Shown in pieces: positions 9,985-21,064 of a DNA stretch of 64,000 nucleotides. The notes below the pieces were generated by a model, which was not told where the DNA came from, searched no databases, and was given only the letters and a program-made list of their open reading frames with translations. The stretch is from Alkalispirochaeta sp. (GTDB lineage: Bacteria; Spirochaetota; Spirochaetia; DSM-27196; Alkalispirochaetaceae), in assembly GCA_965242725.1 (NCBI GenBank), contig CBDESZ010000031.1, positions 1 to 64,000 on the forward strand. The letters are read 5' to 3'. Positions within the stretch are counted from its first letter, which is position 1. Each line of letters begins with the position of its first letter. The position numbers and the translations under genes were made by a program.

Positions 9985-11306
9985 TTTCCTCTATTCTCAT
10001 CGCAAATAGAGGAGAAATCGCCGTTCGTGTCGTCCGGGCGTGCCGGGAAATGGGGATCCGGAGCGTTGTCGCCTTTTCCGAGGCCGATCGCCACACCCAG
10101 GCGGTGAGAATGGCGGACGACGCGATCTGTATCGGGCCCCCGGCCGCAACGGACAGCTATCTCAACATTTCAAACATTATATCCGCGGCGATTCTCCGCC
10201 ACTGTGACGCGGTCCATCCGGGAGTCGGCTTTTTGAGTGAGAATGCCCGATTCGCGAAGGAAGTCACCGATGCGGGGCTCATCTTTATTGGCCCCCCGGG
10301 GGAGACGATCGCGCTACTGGGAGACAAGGTTCAGGCCAAGCAGACCGCCATTCGTCACGATGTACCGGTCATACCGGGAAGTTCCGGCAGCGTTGAGGAC
10401 GTGGAGGCCGCCCGGAAGGGCGCCGATGAAATCGGATATCCCGTCATCGTAAAGGCAGCCGCCGGTGGCGGCGGGAAGGGCATGCGTATTTGTCATCGCC
10501 CCGACGACCTGGCGGGAATTCTCAAGATCGCGTCCAACGAGGCGGCCAAGGCGTTTTCCGACGGAACGGTCTACCTGGAGAAGTATCTCACCAGTCCGCG
10601 TCACGTGGAGCTGCAGGTGCTGGCCGATTCACACGGAAACGTTGTCCATCTTGGTGAGCGGGACTGTTCCGTTCAGGAGAACCACCAGAAACTTGTGGAA
10701 GAGAGTCCCTCCACCGCCGTTGATGACGAACTGCGCGCAAAGATGGGCGCCGACGCGATCCGTCTCTTTTCTGCGCTCGACTACGTCGGGGCCGGCACCA
10801 TAGAGTTTCTCGTAGAGGACGGAAAGCATTACTTCATGGAGGTAAATGCCCGCGTTCAGGTCGAACACCCGGTGACGGAGCTGGTTACCGGAGTGGATAT
10901 CATCGCTGAACAGATTCGGGCGGCAGCGGGTGAAAAACTGACAATCACCCAGGACGATGTCCGTCTCCAGGGATACGCCCTTGAGTGCCGAATCAACGCC
11001 CAGGCGCCGGGCAAAGTCACCCACTATTATCCGCCCGGCGGTTTTGGTGTCCGCGTCGACAGCTTTTTACATGTAGGGGCGATAGTCCCTCCCTATTACG
11101 ATTCCCTGGTCGCGAAACTTATCGTATACGGTCGGGATCGCAACGAGGGATTGAGCCGTATGGATCGGGCGCTCCGGGAGTTTGAAATCGAGGGTGTTCC
11201 GACCAACATGGAGCGACAAAAGCAGATCATCGGCAGTAGAATCTTTCAAAGCGGTGTATTCGGTACCGACGCCCTTGTCCATATCAAGAAGGAGCTCGGC
11301 CTATGA
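9981..11306 (+). CDS. accC: Biotin carboxylase
   Basis: [44 protein letters not shown]. Confidence 0.96.
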   Translation: MISSILIANRGEIAVRVVRACREMGIRSVVAFSEADRHTQAVRMADDAICIGPPAATDSYLNISNIISAAILRHCDAVHPGVGFLSENARFAKEVTDAGLIFIGPPGETIALLGDKVQAKQTAIRHDVPVIPGSSGSVEDVEAARKGADEIGYPVIVKAAAGGGGKGMRICHRPDDLAGILKIASNEAAKAFSDGTVYLEKYLTSPRHVELQVLADSHGNVVHLGERDCSVQENHQKLVEESPSTAVDDELRAKMGADAIRLFSALDYVGAGTIEFLVEDGKHYFMEVNARVQVEHPVTELVTGVDIIAEQIRAAAGEKLTITQDDVRLQGYALECRINAQAPGKVTHYYPPGGFGVRVDSFLHVGAIVPPYYDSLVAKLIVYGRDRNEGLSRMDRALREFEIEGVPTNMERQKQIIGSRIFQSGVFGTDALVHIKKELGL

Positions 11307-12184
11307 AACGACCATTCCCCCTGCGGAGCATGATACGGCGTTTTCTGCCCGGCCGGATGCATTCCGGTCGGCGTACCCACAGACTCGACGACAGAGCCTT
11401 CGTCGCCTCCCGTCACACCTGCCCGAGCTGCAATCGCCCCATCGACGAACAGCAGCTTGCGGTAAATCTCTTCGTCTGTCCCCATTGCGGCCACCATTTT
11501 CGTATAAGCGCTCCCGAGCGTATCAGAACACTCCTGGACGGAGGAGAACTGAGCGAAATGTCTTCGGACGTTCGGTCGGTAAACCCCATCGATTTTCCGG
11601 GATATGAAGAGAAAATCGAAAGCGCCGTTGAAAAAACGGGTATCGACGAGGCGGTAACGACCGGCGTCGGACGGATAGAGGGTCGGACGGCGGTATTTGC
11701 AATCATGTCATTCACCTATCTCGGAGGCAGCATGGGATCGGTGGTGGGAGAACGGATCGCCAGGGCGATCATGTACGCCGCCGACCGCGGTATGCCCTGC
11801 GTCATCATCACCGCCAGCGGTGGTGCGCGCATGCAGGAAGGGATTTTCAGCCTCATGCAAATGGCCAAGACGAGCCACGCCGCTGCTCTGCTGTCGGAGG
11901 CGGGGCAGCCGCTCTTTGTCCTGCTCACGGACCCGACGACGGGAGGGGTCACCGCGTCATTTGCGATGCTGGGCGACGTTACCCTCGCCGAACCGAACGC
12001 GCTCATCGGCTTTGCCGGTCCCCGTGTCATTGAGGGAACGATACGGCAGAAACTTCCCGCAGGTTTTCAGCGCGCCGAGTTTCAGCAGGAGAAAGGATTC
12101 GTCGATCGCGTCGTTCCGCGCAGCGAGCTTCGGACCACCTTGACCTATCTCTTTGATACCCACGAGGGGAGGGTGCGACCATGA
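11303..12184 (+). CDS. accD: Acetyl-CoA carboxylase carboxyltransferase beta
   Basis: CPSC..CPHC zinc ribbon, GGSMGSVVGE, SGGARMQEG, GFAGPRVIE. Confidence 0.96.
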   Translation: MKRPFPLRSMIRRFLPGRMHSGRRTHRLDDRAFVASRHTCPSCNRPIDEQQLAVNLFVCPHCGHHFRISAPERIRTLLDGGELSEMSSDVRSVNPIDFPGYEEKIESAVEKTGIDEAVTTGVGRIEGRTAVFAIMSFTYLGGSMGSVVGERIARAIMYAADRGMPCVIITASGGARMQEGIFSLMQMAKTSHAAALLSEAGQPLFVLLTDPTTGGVTASFAMLGDVTLAEPNALIGFAGPRVIEGTIRQKLPAGFQRAEFQQEKGFVDRVVPRSELRTTLTYLFDTHEGRVRP

Positions 12185-13152
12185 AAGCGGAAGACTTACG
12201 ACGAAAGCTCCAGGAACTTCAGGAACTGGCGCTGCGGGAAAATATCGATATCGGCTCCGATCTTGAGCGTCTCAACAGGAAGATCGCCACCGGTGACGAA
12301 AGCGCGTGGCGCAGGGTGGAACTTGCCCGCAACCAGGAGCGACCGACGACGCTTGACCTCATACGGCTCATGAGCGAGCGTTTCATAGAGCTTCACGGTG
12401 ATCGCGCATACGCCGATGATCCCGCCCTCGTCGGCGGAATCGCGACGATCGGCGGAACCCATTTCACCTTTCTCGGCCACCAGAAGGGGCGCAACATGAA
12501 GGAAAATCTGCGCCGGAATTATGGTATGGCCCACCCGGAGGGATATAGAAAGGCTCTCAGGCTCGCACAGCAGGCGGAACGATTCGGTCGTCCGATTCTT
12601 GCGCTCATCGATACCCCCGGCGCATTTCCCGGTCTCGCCTCTGAAGAGCGGGGGATCGGCGAAGCCATCGCCCGCAATCTGAAAGAGCTGTCCATCCTCA
12701 GGACACCGATCATCTGTGTCATTATCGGTGAAGGCGGATCAGGCGGCGCCCTGGGCATTGGCGTAGGTGATCGGGTCTATATGCTTGAAAACACTGTCTA
12801 CTCCGTCATTTCTCCGGAGGGATTCGCCTCCATTCTGCTTCGTGACGCAAAGAAGGCACAGCAGGCGGCGGGGCTGATGAAGATGACCGCACCCGACCTC
12901 CTGGCATTCAATGTGATCGACGGCCTGATCGAGGAACCGGAAGACGGCGCCCATACGGACCATCAAAAGACGGCGGCCGCCGTGAAGCAGCAGGTCCTGC
13001 GGTCCTATCAGGAGCTCTCCAAAAAGCGCATGGACCAGGTGCTGCGTGACCGGAGCGCCCGCCTCCTGTCACTTGGCCGTTTCACCGGTCAAACGGAAGT
13101 TCGACCGCAAGGTCTCTTCCAGAGGTTATATACCCTGATACGCCAGCCATGA
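12181..13152 (+). CDS. accA: Acetyl-CoA carboxylase carboxyltransferase alpha
   Basis: ELHGDR, PEGYRKALR, IDTPGAFPG, GEGGSGGAL. Confidence 0.96.
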   Translation: MKAEDLRRKLQELQELALRENIDIGSDLERLNRKIATGDESAWRRVELARNQERPTTLDLIRLMSERFIELHGDRAYADDPALVGGIATIGGTHFTFLGHQKGRNMKENLRRNYGMAHPEGYRKALRLAQQAERFGRPILALIDTPGAFPGLASEERGIGEAIARNLKELSILRTPIICVIIGEGGSGGALGIGVGDRVYMLENTVYSVISPEGFASILLRDAKKAQQAAGLMKMTAPDLLAFNVIDGLIEEPEDGAHTDHQKTAAAVKQQVLRSYQELSKKRMDQVLRDRSARLLSLGRFTGQTEVRPQGLFQRLYTLIRQP

Positions 13153-14070
13153 CGCAAGAAGACCGGCAAGATCGATGAATCCCGTAAGGTGGGCAAGACC
13201 GACGGCGAGTATGATAAGTGAAATCGTCGTCCCCACCGGCCGGAATACGCCCTTTCCCCGGAGTCTGCGTACCAGAGGTTGAACCACACCCAACGCAAGG
13301 GTTCCCGCACCGAGGATCCAGCGACTCTCTTCAGGCGAGGCGGTGCTCCACGTCCGGAGGCGCGCTGCGGCGGCGGCAAGGATGCCGTTGATCTGTTGAA
13401 ACCGGCCGAAGGCGATGAGCAGTCCGATGACGATCAGGAGCACACCGCTGACCGTCTTGATAAGGGGAAAATATCGTTTGATCTTTGAGAGGGATGAAGA
13501 GACGCGGGTGAAGGCCGCACCGGCCAGGAGAAAGGGGAGCCCCAGTCCGAGGGAGTAGGTGCCGAGAAGTATCGCCGCCCGGCCGAGGGTGCCTTCGCTG
13601 CCGGCAAGAAAAAGTATGGAGGCGAGGATCGGCCCGATGCAGGGGCTCCAGCCCGCGCCGAAAGCCATTCCTACCACAACCGCCCCGACTCCCGATACCG
13701 GTCTCGTCCGTATGTGGACTCGTCGCTCCATGTTGAGGGGACGGACGATGTCAAATATGACGTTGAAGCCCAGCAGTATGACGATAAATCCCGCAACGAG
13801 ATTGATCCACCGGGTCGCCCCCGAGAAGAGAAGGGCGGGACCGGAAAAAAGAATACCCAAAACGACAAAGACTATTGAAAAGCCGAGAACAAAGAGTGCG
13901 GTTCTCACCATGATGACCCGGCGATCAATACCCTGGCGTTCCGAAAGCTCCTGGAAACTGACTCCGCTGACAAAGGAGAGATAACTCGGGATGAGAGGGA
14001 GTACGCAGGGTGAAAGAAATGACAACAACCCAGCCGCAAAGGCGATGAGGATATTCAATTCTCCGGCCAT
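13126..14070 (-). CDS. ccdA: CcdA/DsbD-like transmembrane thiol-disulfide electron transporter
   Basis: SFLSPCVLPLIP and GWSPCIGPIL motifs; multiple TM segments; 3' end overlaps accA by 27 bp. Confidence 0.88.
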   Translation of the reverse strand: MAGELNILIAFAAGLLSFLSPCVLPLIPSYLSFVSGVSFQELSERQGIDRRVIMVRTALFVLGFSIVFVVLGILFSGPALLFSGATRWINLVAGFIVILLGFNVIFDIVRPLNMERRVHIRTRPVSGVGAVVVGMAFGAGWSPCIGPILASILFLAGSEGTLGRAAILLGTYSLGLGLPFLLAGAAFTRVSSSLSKIKRYFPLIKTVSGVLLIVIGLLIAFGRFQQINGILAAAAARLRTWSTASPEESRWILGAGTLALGVVQPLVRRLRGKGVFRPVGTTISLIILAVGLAHLTGFIDLAGLLASWLAYQGI

Positions 14071-14080
14071 AACCTATCCA

Positions 14081-14713
14081 TTACCGTGCAGCAATGAGAT
14101 CAACGATGCGCTGCATGCCGTCCATGATCTCAGGCTCGTCCCACATGCGTGTTCCGACGAGCATGCCCAGAACATTACCGTCGGGGCCGATGAAGAATGT
14201 GGTCGGTATCCCGCGGACGCCGTAATTGGTAGCGAGAAGGCCCTGGGTATCAAGGAGGATGGGATAGGTATATCCAAACTCCTCAATAAAGGGGGCAACC
14301 GTACCTCTGTCCTCACGTACGTTGACGGCGACGATCTGGAACGGTGCGTCCGGAAGGGAGTTGTGAAGGACTTCCATGGACGGCATTTCCTCTCTGCAGG
14401 GCGGGCACCACGTCGCCCAGAAATTCAGGAAGACAAATTTGCCTGTCAGATCAGCCATCGCCATTTGTCCGCCTGACAACCTGTCCAGGGAAAAATCTAT
14501 GGCCCGTATGGAGTTGCGGAACGTCTGCACCCCCATTTCAGAGAGGATACCCTGGATTTCCGCTCGTCTTTCCACGTCCAGCGTCTCCGCGAAGGTGCCC
14601 GTTCCACCCGCGCCTTCCGCATCGCCGGCCGTCTCGGAACGTCCCGCAGCGGAAAGACTCATTGAAATAAGGAAAATAAGTATTGCTGACGCCGTGAGGC
14701 GTATATGAATCAT
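14081..14713 (-). CDS. TlpA/ResA family thiol-disulfide oxidoreductase
   Basis: LNFWATWCPPCREEMP, GIPTT; signal peptide. Confidence 0.92.
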   Translation of the reverse strand: MIHIRLTASAILIFLISMSLSAAGRSETAGDAEGAGGTGTFAETLDVERRAEIQGILSEMGVQTFRNSIRAIDFSLDRLSGGQMAMADLTGKFVFLNFWATWCPPCREEMPSMEVLHNSLPDAPFQIVAVNVREDRGTVAPFIEEFGYTYPILLDTQGLLATNYGVRGIPTTFFIGPDGNVLGMLVGTRMWDEPEIMDGMQRIVDLIAAR

Positions 14714-15372
14714 GTGCCGACTCCTTGAATGCCTGTCCACAAAAATGCGACGACGTTGTAGAGTCCGTGGCCAAGTGAAAAGGCCAGGATACCCGGTTTA
14801 CGTTTCCACAATATACCGAGAAACAGAGCTGCAGAAAAGGAAAAGGCAAGCGCCACAAACCCCTGATACCAGTGGCCGGCGGCAAAAATGAGCGCCGAGG
14901 TCACGATCGCCGTTGCCGGGGAGAGGTGAAGCTGTTGAAGCCGGAGGAGCAGGTACCCTCTGAAAACGACTTCTTCCGTGACGGCGACACTCAACAGCAC
15001 GAATACCGGTCCGACGAGGTCGAGGGGCGAGCCGTTACCCCCGTCAAACTGAAAGGGACGGAGTCCCTGGGAGGGCGTTAAAAACTCTCCCGTCAGGCGT
15101 ACCACAATCGAAAGGGCAAAAAGCAGAATTCCGATAAGCAGGCCATACGGAATCACCGGTCCCGATGGTCCGGTGATGGCGCGTGTCTCACCTGCGATGT
15201 CCGTGAGATAGAGGACCAGTAACGCATATGCGACGTTTCGGACGATCGTGGCGAGATAGACCGATCCCGCGGTTGATCCCGAAAATACCCCAGGCGATAT
15301 GAGACCGGGAACCATATACAGGGTGATGAGGATAAGGGTTTCCCGCAGGCGGCGGGAGTCTTGGACAGTCAC
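14710..15372 (-). CDS. CPBP (CAAX/Abi) family intramembrane glutamic endopeptidase
   Basis: EEVVFRG, FAAGH, HGLYN motifs; hydrophobic. Confidence 0.88.
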   Translation of the reverse strand: MTVQDSRRLRETLILITLYMVPGLISPGVFSGSTAGSVYLATIVRNVAYALLVLYLTDIAGETRAITGPSGPVIPYGLLIGILLFALSIVVRLTGEFLTPSQGLRPFQFDGGNGSPLDLVGPVFVLLSVAVTEEVVFRGYLLLRLQQLHLSPATAIVTSALIFAAGHWYQGFVALAFSFSAALFLGILWKRKPGILAFSLGHGLYNVVAFLWTGIQGVGT

Positions 15373-15468
15373 GCCGTGATAATGGCATGCCGTTGTGATA
15401 CATGTCTATTTACGATCGATTTACTTTTTCTCAATTTTAACGATAATAACAATTAGGAGTAGTGAACG

Positions 15469-16491
15469 TTGGGGATTGCAATACTCATACTGGCATTTGT
15501 TCTCGTACTCACCGGATACATTCTTTTCAGCCGCGCCGGAGGTATTTCATTTCCATGGGTCCAATTCTACGTGCGGGGAAAAGAAAGCGGTTTCTCATTT
15601 GCCGAGACCGGATTTCTTCGTCGTGTCGCCGTCAGGAACAAAATGGAAAATCCCACCTCCCTCTTTTGGAGCGTAAAGGCGCTGGACAGGTGTATTCGAG
15701 CGGCGGTACTGGATTACACCGCCAACAGAGGACGGAACCGGACCGAACAACTGGAGTTTCTCAATAAGCTGTTCGTTTTTCGGCGGCGCGTGGAGTTTGA
15801 TCAGCCCAAATACCGTCTTGGTATTACATCAACGAGGGAGATCTCTCCCGGACAGACGCTGAAAATCACGCCCCAAAGCGGAGGCGTCTATATTTCCAAG
15901 CTTGTGGAGAACAACAAGCGCGACATGGTCGTGACCTATCCCCGCGGAAAGAGCACGCCCCCCGATTTTTCCTGGCGGGAACAGACGCTCAAAGTTTATT
16001 TCTGGCGGCGGGAAGACGCGGGATACTACTTCGAATCGAAGATATCCGGAGAGTCCGAGGACGAAAACGTCTCCCTTCTGCATATGGCCCACTCGGATAA
16101 TGTGGTACGGGCGCAAAAGCGACGTTCAGTCCGTCGAGAAGTAGGAAAACAGGCGCTCCTCTTTCCGCTGCGGACAATAGGCGATGCCGATGAAAAGGTG
16201 GAGAACCGGGGAGGCTATCGGTGCAGGCTGCTCGATATCTCAGAAGATGGTCTCGCCGTCGCGATAGGCGGCAGGGCCAAGGCGGGACTTCCGGTGAAAG
16301 TACAGGCGGACCTTGACGAACAGACGGTCGTCGTGTGCGGACTCATCAAGACCGTCGATTTCAAACAGCGGGAACGGATCAGTGTACTCCATATCCAGGC
16401 ACAGCCATTGTCGGTGGGGATGAAGGTGAAGGTTCTCTCCTTTGTGTACGCGCTCTTTTCGGACGGAAATCCGGACTCTCGTCGCAGGTAA
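15469..16491 (+). CDS. Membrane-anchored PilZ-domain (c-di-GMP receptor, flagellar-brake-like) protein
   Basis: N-terminal TM; QKRRSVR (RxxxR) and DISEDG (DxSxxG) motifs. Confidence 0.85.
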   Translation: MGIAILILAFVLVLTGYILFSRAGGISFPWVQFYVRGKESGFSFAETGFLRRVAVRNKMENPTSLFWSVKALDRCIRAAVLDYTANRGRNRTEQLEFLNKLFVFRRRVEFDQPKYRLGITSTREISPGQTLKITPQSGGVYISKLVENNKRDMVVTYPRGKSTPPDFSWREQTLKVYFWRREDAGYYFESKISGESEDENVSLLHMAHSDNVVRAQKRRSVRREVGKQALLFPLRTIGDADEKVENRGGYRCRLLDISEDGLAVAIGGRAKAGLPVKVQADLDEQTVVVCGLIKTVDFKQRERISVLHIQAQPLSVGMKVKVLSFVYALFSDGNPDSRRR

Positions 16492-16522
16492 TCGGGGAAC
16501 GTTTTATTTCCTGTTCGTTTGT

Positions 16523-16551
16523 TTGAATCCTCGGAGCGTGATAACTACTAT
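16523..16551 (+). promoter_or_regulatory. Putative sigma70 promoter giving a leaderless mRNA
   Basis: TTGAAT-N17-TACTAT-N6-ATG(16558). Confidence 0.55.
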
Positions 16552-16557
16552 AGTATT

Positions 16558-17739
16558 ATGAGACGATCCTTAGTCATAGCGGCGATGGTCCTTCTGGCTG
16601 TCGCCCCGGTTTTTGGGCAGACGGACAGGCTTGAGACGTTTCGGGCCAATTTTGGTTCTGCAAATATGGAAACGAAGCTGGAAATACTCAGGTCCGCGGA
16701 TTCCGAAGACGCGACCCGGTACGGTCCGCTCTACGGGCAGGCCCTCCACTATGTGATCAGCAACGCCGACGACCTTGGAAGAAGTACCACCCTCCGGGAG
16801 ATCACCCTCAAGACGATAACCCGCATTGATGAGGGCCGGTACCGGCCTGCGTTGTCAAATCTCTGGCGGCTGTTTCAGATTTATGCCGATACGACGACGC
16901 GAATTCAGGTTCTCGGAGTAATAGGCCGTATTGCCGAGGGAGATGCGGCGGAAGTGGACTACCTTATCGACTGGGTGTCGCGACAAAACGCGCTCAACCA
17001 GAGCCCCGGTCAGGTTGACTATCAGGTTCTTGCAGCGGCGGTACGTGCCCTTGGAGAACTGGGTACGGAGGAGGCGTTTCATCCGATCGTCAATATCATA
17101 CTTGCACAGTTTCCCCAGTATGTGACGACCGAGGCGCGTCTCGCCCTGGAAAAAATCGAGGGAAATCGACTGGAACTCGCGTCGGATGTATTGAATCGCA
17201 AGTCGGTTTCGGAAAAAGACGCTGCCTTTTCGTTCTTTCTTGACGGCGACTTTCTCGCCGAGGAGGAGAAGGGCCCTCTGGCACACCGGGCACTCAACAT
17301 CGCAATGTCGACGCACCCGCAAGGCGTGCAGGAACAATCGGCGGTACGACAGTTTCGGTATCACGCCGCCGCGGAAGTGAGGGAGCGGAGCTATTCCGAC
17401 GCGACTTCCGCAATTATCCGCCATTTCAATATCACCGTCGCTGAGTTTGATCGGGGTGAAGCGGCGATGGCGCGACTCCTTGAAGCAATTGCCGCTCTCG
17501 GCGCGATGGGGAATGAGCAGGCGGCACAGCGGTTGACCGATTACCTCGACTCCCTCAACACGTACACTGAACAGGACCGGCCCTATGATACACAGGTTGT
17601 CCTTGCAACGATCCAGAATCTGCGAAGCCTCAGTTATCCCGGCTCCTATAACGCGCTCTTTTTAACGACAACCCTCGAGAACTATCCCGATCGGGTTCGT
17701 GACGCCGCACGTGAAGCGTCGACTACCGTTTCGGAGTAA
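16558..17739 (+). CDS. Periplasmic HEAT-repeat protein
   Basis: Signal peptide (PVFG-Q); repeated AAVRALGELG / EAIAALGAMG helical motifs. Confidence 0.75.
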   Translation: MRRSLVIAAMVLLAVAPVFGQTDRLETFRANFGSANMETKLEILRSADSEDATRYGPLYGQALHYVISNADDLGRSTTLREITLKTITRIDEGRYRPALSNLWRLFQIYADTTTRIQVLGVIGRIAEGDAAEVDYLIDWVSRQNALNQSPGQVDYQVLAAAVRALGELGTEEAFHPIVNIILAQFPQYVTTEARLALEKIEGNRLELASDVLNRKSVSEKDAAFSFFLDGDFLAEEEKGPLAHRALNIAMSTHPQGVQEQSAVRQFRYHAAAEVRERSYSDATSAIIRHFNITVAEFDRGEAAMARLLEAIAALGAMGNEQAAQRLTDYLDSLNTYTEQDRPYDTQVVLATIQNLRSLSYPGSYNALFLTTTLENYPDRVRDAAREASTTVSE

Positions 17740-17748
17740 TACTCTTAT

Positions 17749-19246
17749 GTGAAAAGAGTGTATACGGTTTCCCCCTGGGCGGTGGCTGCATGCATTTCCG
17801 CAGCGGCCCTCGCCGCCCCGGGAGAAGCCGGGTGGATTGTCCTCTGCGTATGCATTATCGGCGTCTGCGTCGGGACCGTGTTCGTGGGCCGTCGCCGGTG
17901 CAACGTTAGGAGCATCGTAATCGTCCTGGCGTCCATCACGGTCACGGCGGCTGGTCTCATACGGATCGACGGATATTCCCGGCCGCCCGCAATAGCTGTC
18001 TCCCCGACGGGACCGGTGGCAATGACCGGGCTCGTCCAGAACGATCTGCGCCCCTCGGCAGGCGATCTTCAACTCATTACGATTTCTCTCCTCCGCGTTT
18101 CCGACCGCAGGGGATGGACCGGATCGGGTCGCGGAAGGGTACGGCTTTTATGGCGTGGTGACGGAACGATCCTCGTCGCCGACAGGGATTTGAGAGTCAC
18201 CCCCATGAGGGGAGATCTCGTTACCGCACTCGTTTCAGCGGAGGATATACAATCCGGCGTATTCTGGAGCGATGAAGAGACAATGTCGATAAAGACCGAT
18301 TCTGCCGTTTCGTCGGCGCTCAGACGGGAGCTTCGGCGCGCCGTGGAGTCCCGGTTTGTACGGTTGTCCCGACGAACGTCCGGGTTGGTCATGGCACTTC
18401 TCATGGGCGACAGGAGCTCCCTTGACCCGGAGGTGTCCGACACGATTCGTCGTGCCGGAGGCGCCCCACGTTATTGCATTGAGCGGGATGCATCTGGCGA
18501 TTCTGGCCGTACTGGTCAGGCGGATGGCCGGCCTCTTCCTCCCTCGTTCTCCTGCGGTGATGGTCACCCTTTTCGTACTGACCGGGTATGTATGGCTCAC
18601 CGGCTGGATTCCATCGCTCGTCAGAGCGCTGGTTTTGACCTGGGTAGTGTTTTTCAGGACACTCCTCGGGAGGCGATATCCCGGATACATCTATCTGGCA
18701 CAGGCCGTTGTTGCGATCGCCCTTCTTGCGCCACATCTATTCGGCGACCTGGGATTCCAGTACTCCGTTGTTGCCCTGACGGGCCTTTTCCTCCTGTCTC
18801 CCCGTATATCGACGCACCTTCAATGGATGATGCCTCATGCGCCTGCAGCGTATCTGGGAGCATCCCTTGCCGCGATTATCGCCACGGCACCTCTCTCTGC
18901 GCTTCACTTCGGAGTCACCTATCCCGGCGGCGTATTGTTTGCGGGGCTTCTCTCTCTTCTTGTCGCGGCAGTCATGTGGACGGGGCTTGTGTTCGCCGCA
19001 ACCGCCGCCGTACCTCTGGTTGGTACGATATCCCTGGCGACGCTCGATCTCCTTGCGGAAATCTTTTACCGCGTCGGTGCAATAGGAGCTTCAATTCCAC
19101 CCATGATCCTGCCGGGTCCGTCGTTTTACGGTGCATCGGTATTCCTTGCAGGAATGTGGGCAGGTGTACTACTGTTCCGAAATCGCTCGCGGAGGGTTCT
19201 TACACAACGGATACACGACTATGGTGAATCACAGTTCGATTTCTGA
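17749..19246 (+). pseudogene. comEC: ComEC/Rec2 competence-domain protein with a +1 frameshift near 18460; no MBL domain
   Basis: ALLMGDR..RRAG in ORF 17749 continues as APHVIALSGMHL..PSLVRA..DLGFQYS in ORF 18356..19246. Confidence 0.8.
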
Positions 19247-20057
19247 CATTCAAAAAACGCTGGAGGACAACGGTATCGCACTGAAGAAACGGTTCGGCCA
19301 GAACTTTCTTACCGATGCCAACGTCCGGATGAGGATTTTCTCGGCCGTCACATCGGTGTGGAACGAACGTGACCCGGGGGAGGGCGAACTCTGGGAGATC
19401 GGCCCCGGCCTCGGATCGCTGACGGATATCTTTGTAACGGAAGGACTGCCGATTCACCTCTTTGAAATTGACCACGGTATCATTGCCATCCTGAATGAAC
19501 GATACGGTGGGGAGGTTCCCATTACGCCCGGCGATTTTGTAAAGACCTGCGTACCCGCAGCCGGTTCGGCGAAACCGGCGATGATTACCGGCAATTTGCC
19601 GTATGCATCGGCCTCTGCCATCGTCACCAAGATCATTGAAGGAGAGTGCAGTCCTCCGGGAATGGTTTTTCTGGTGCAGAAAGAGTTGGCCCACCGCTTT
19701 TCCGCTCCCACGGGGAATAAGGAGTACAGCGCCCTTTCCGTACTCGTCCAAAACCACTACGCCACTGAAATTCTCTTCCAGGTGGGCAGAAACGCCTTCT
19801 ACCCCCGGCCGGAGGTAGACTCGGTGGTGATTCGCATGCGCCGGAACGCTGCGCTTCCGACCCCCGAAGAAACCGCCGCCGCCTCGATGCTGGCGCGTCG
19901 TGCCTTCTCCCAGCGGAGAAAGGCGATTCGAAATTCTCTCAAAGACTATGCGGCACTGCTGGAACGTTGCGGTATCGACGCGTCACTGCGTCCGGAACGG
20001 ATACCGCCGGAACGCTTTCTTGAAATGGGAAGGGCTTTTATCGGGATGCGCGGCTGA
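19221..20057 (+). CDS. rsmA: 16S rRNA m6,2A dimethyltransferase
   Basis: KKRFGQNFL, EIGPGLG, GNLPY, FYPRPEVDS. Confidence 0.95.
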   Translation: MVNHSSISDIQKTLEDNGIALKKRFGQNFLTDANVRMRIFSAVTSVWNERDPGEGELWEIGPGLGSLTDIFVTEGLPIHLFEIDHGIIAILNERYGGEVPITPGDFVKTCVPAAGSAKPAMITGNLPYASASAIVTKIIEGECSPPGMVFLVQKELAHRFSAPTGNKEYSALSVLVQNHYATEILFQVGRNAFYPRPEVDSVVIRMRRNAALPTPEETAAASMLARRAFSQRRKAIRNSLKDYAALLERCGIDASLRPERIPPERFLEMGRAFIGMRG

Positions 20058-20106
20058 CGTGGCGTGGTAGACCCGGGCGGTGACAGGACCGGCGGGCGAG
20101 GGCGAA

Positions 20107-20154
20107 CGGCCCGCCCGGAGGGCGGGCCGACCAACGGGGCGCTCCAAAGGAGCG
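20107..20154. terminator. GC-rich hairpins between convergent rsmA and dapA
   Basis: CGGCCCGCCC-GGA-GGGCGGGCCG (10-bp stem) and CGCTCC-AAA-GGAGCG; no U tract. Confidence 0.5.
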
Positions 20155-20161
20155 ACCTCCG

Positions 20162-21034
20162 TTACGGTAGATACTCCGTAAGTATGCGATCGACCTTTTT
20201 CTTGTTTTCCTCCGAAAGGGAAACCATGGGAAGACGATAACTCTCCTCGCAATACCCCGCCTTGTGCATCATGTACTTGATCGGAATGGGGTTTGTGTCG
20301 AGAAAGATTGCCCTGAAGAGGGGCAGCAGCGCAAAGTGTTCTTTCCGGGCGGTAATCAGGTCGCCCTCCAGAGCAGCGCGGATCATCCCGGTCATCCGTC
20401 CCGGGATGAGGTTGCTCGCCACCGAGACGACGCCCCGTCCGCCGAGGGCGCTCAAGGGAAAAGCGAGGTTGTCGTCGCCCGAGAGGACGTCGAAATCGTC
20501 GGGGAGTTCCTCGAGAACTTCCATCATCTGGGGTATTGATCCACTTGCCTCTTTGACTGCCACGATATTGGGATGCACCGCCATGCGCTTCAGCGTCGCC
20601 GTCTCGATGTTCTTGCCGGTCCGTCCCGGAATGTTATAGACGATCATCGGCAGATCAACCTCGTCGGCGATCGTCGTGAAATGGCGGTAAAATCCCTCCT
20701 GGGACGGTTTGTTGTAATACGGCGCCACCTGAAGGCTCGCCGTCGCTCCGATCGCCTTTGCCTGGGAGGTCATATCGATAGCCTCGGCAGTAGAGTTGGA
20801 ACCGGTGCCGGCGACAATCGGCACCCGCCCCCGTGCTTCCTCGACGACAATCTCGACGACACGAACGTTTTCTTTATGGGTAACGGTGGGGCTTTCTCCG
20901 GTGGTGCCCATCGGTACGATTCCATCGATACCCGCCTCGATTTGCGCATTCACCAACCGACGCAGGGCGGGTTCATCTATCGCTCCGTCGGAACGAAACG
21001 GGGTGATCAGTGCGGTATAGGTACCTTGAAACAT
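20162..21034 (-). CDS. dapA: 4-hydroxy-tetrahydrodipicolinate synthase
   Basis: GTTGESPT, YNIPGRTG, AVKEASG, TNPIPIK. Confidence 0.96.
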   Translation of the reverse strand: MFQGTYTALITPFRSDGAIDEPALRRLVNAQIEAGIDGIVPMGTTGESPTVTHKENVRVVEIVVEEARGRVPIVAGTGSNSTAEAIDMTSQAKAIGATASLQVAPYYNKPSQEGFYRHFTTIADEVDLPMIVYNIPGRTGKNIETATLKRMAVHPNIVAVKEASGSIPQMMEVLEELPDDFDVLSGDDNLAFPLSALGGRGVVSVASNLIPGRMTGMIRAALEGDLITARKEHFALLPLFRAIFLDTNPIPIKYMMHKAGYCEESYRLPMVSLSEENKKKVDRILTEYLP

Positions 21035-21064
21035 AATTTCCTCCTCAATGACCGGTAGACGTTA

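Noticed and set aside
985..18470. Programmed ribosomal frameshifting in the xdh-like gene or comEC
   Set aside because: No slippery heptamer or stimulatory structure recognised; sequencing error or simple mutation is more parsimonious
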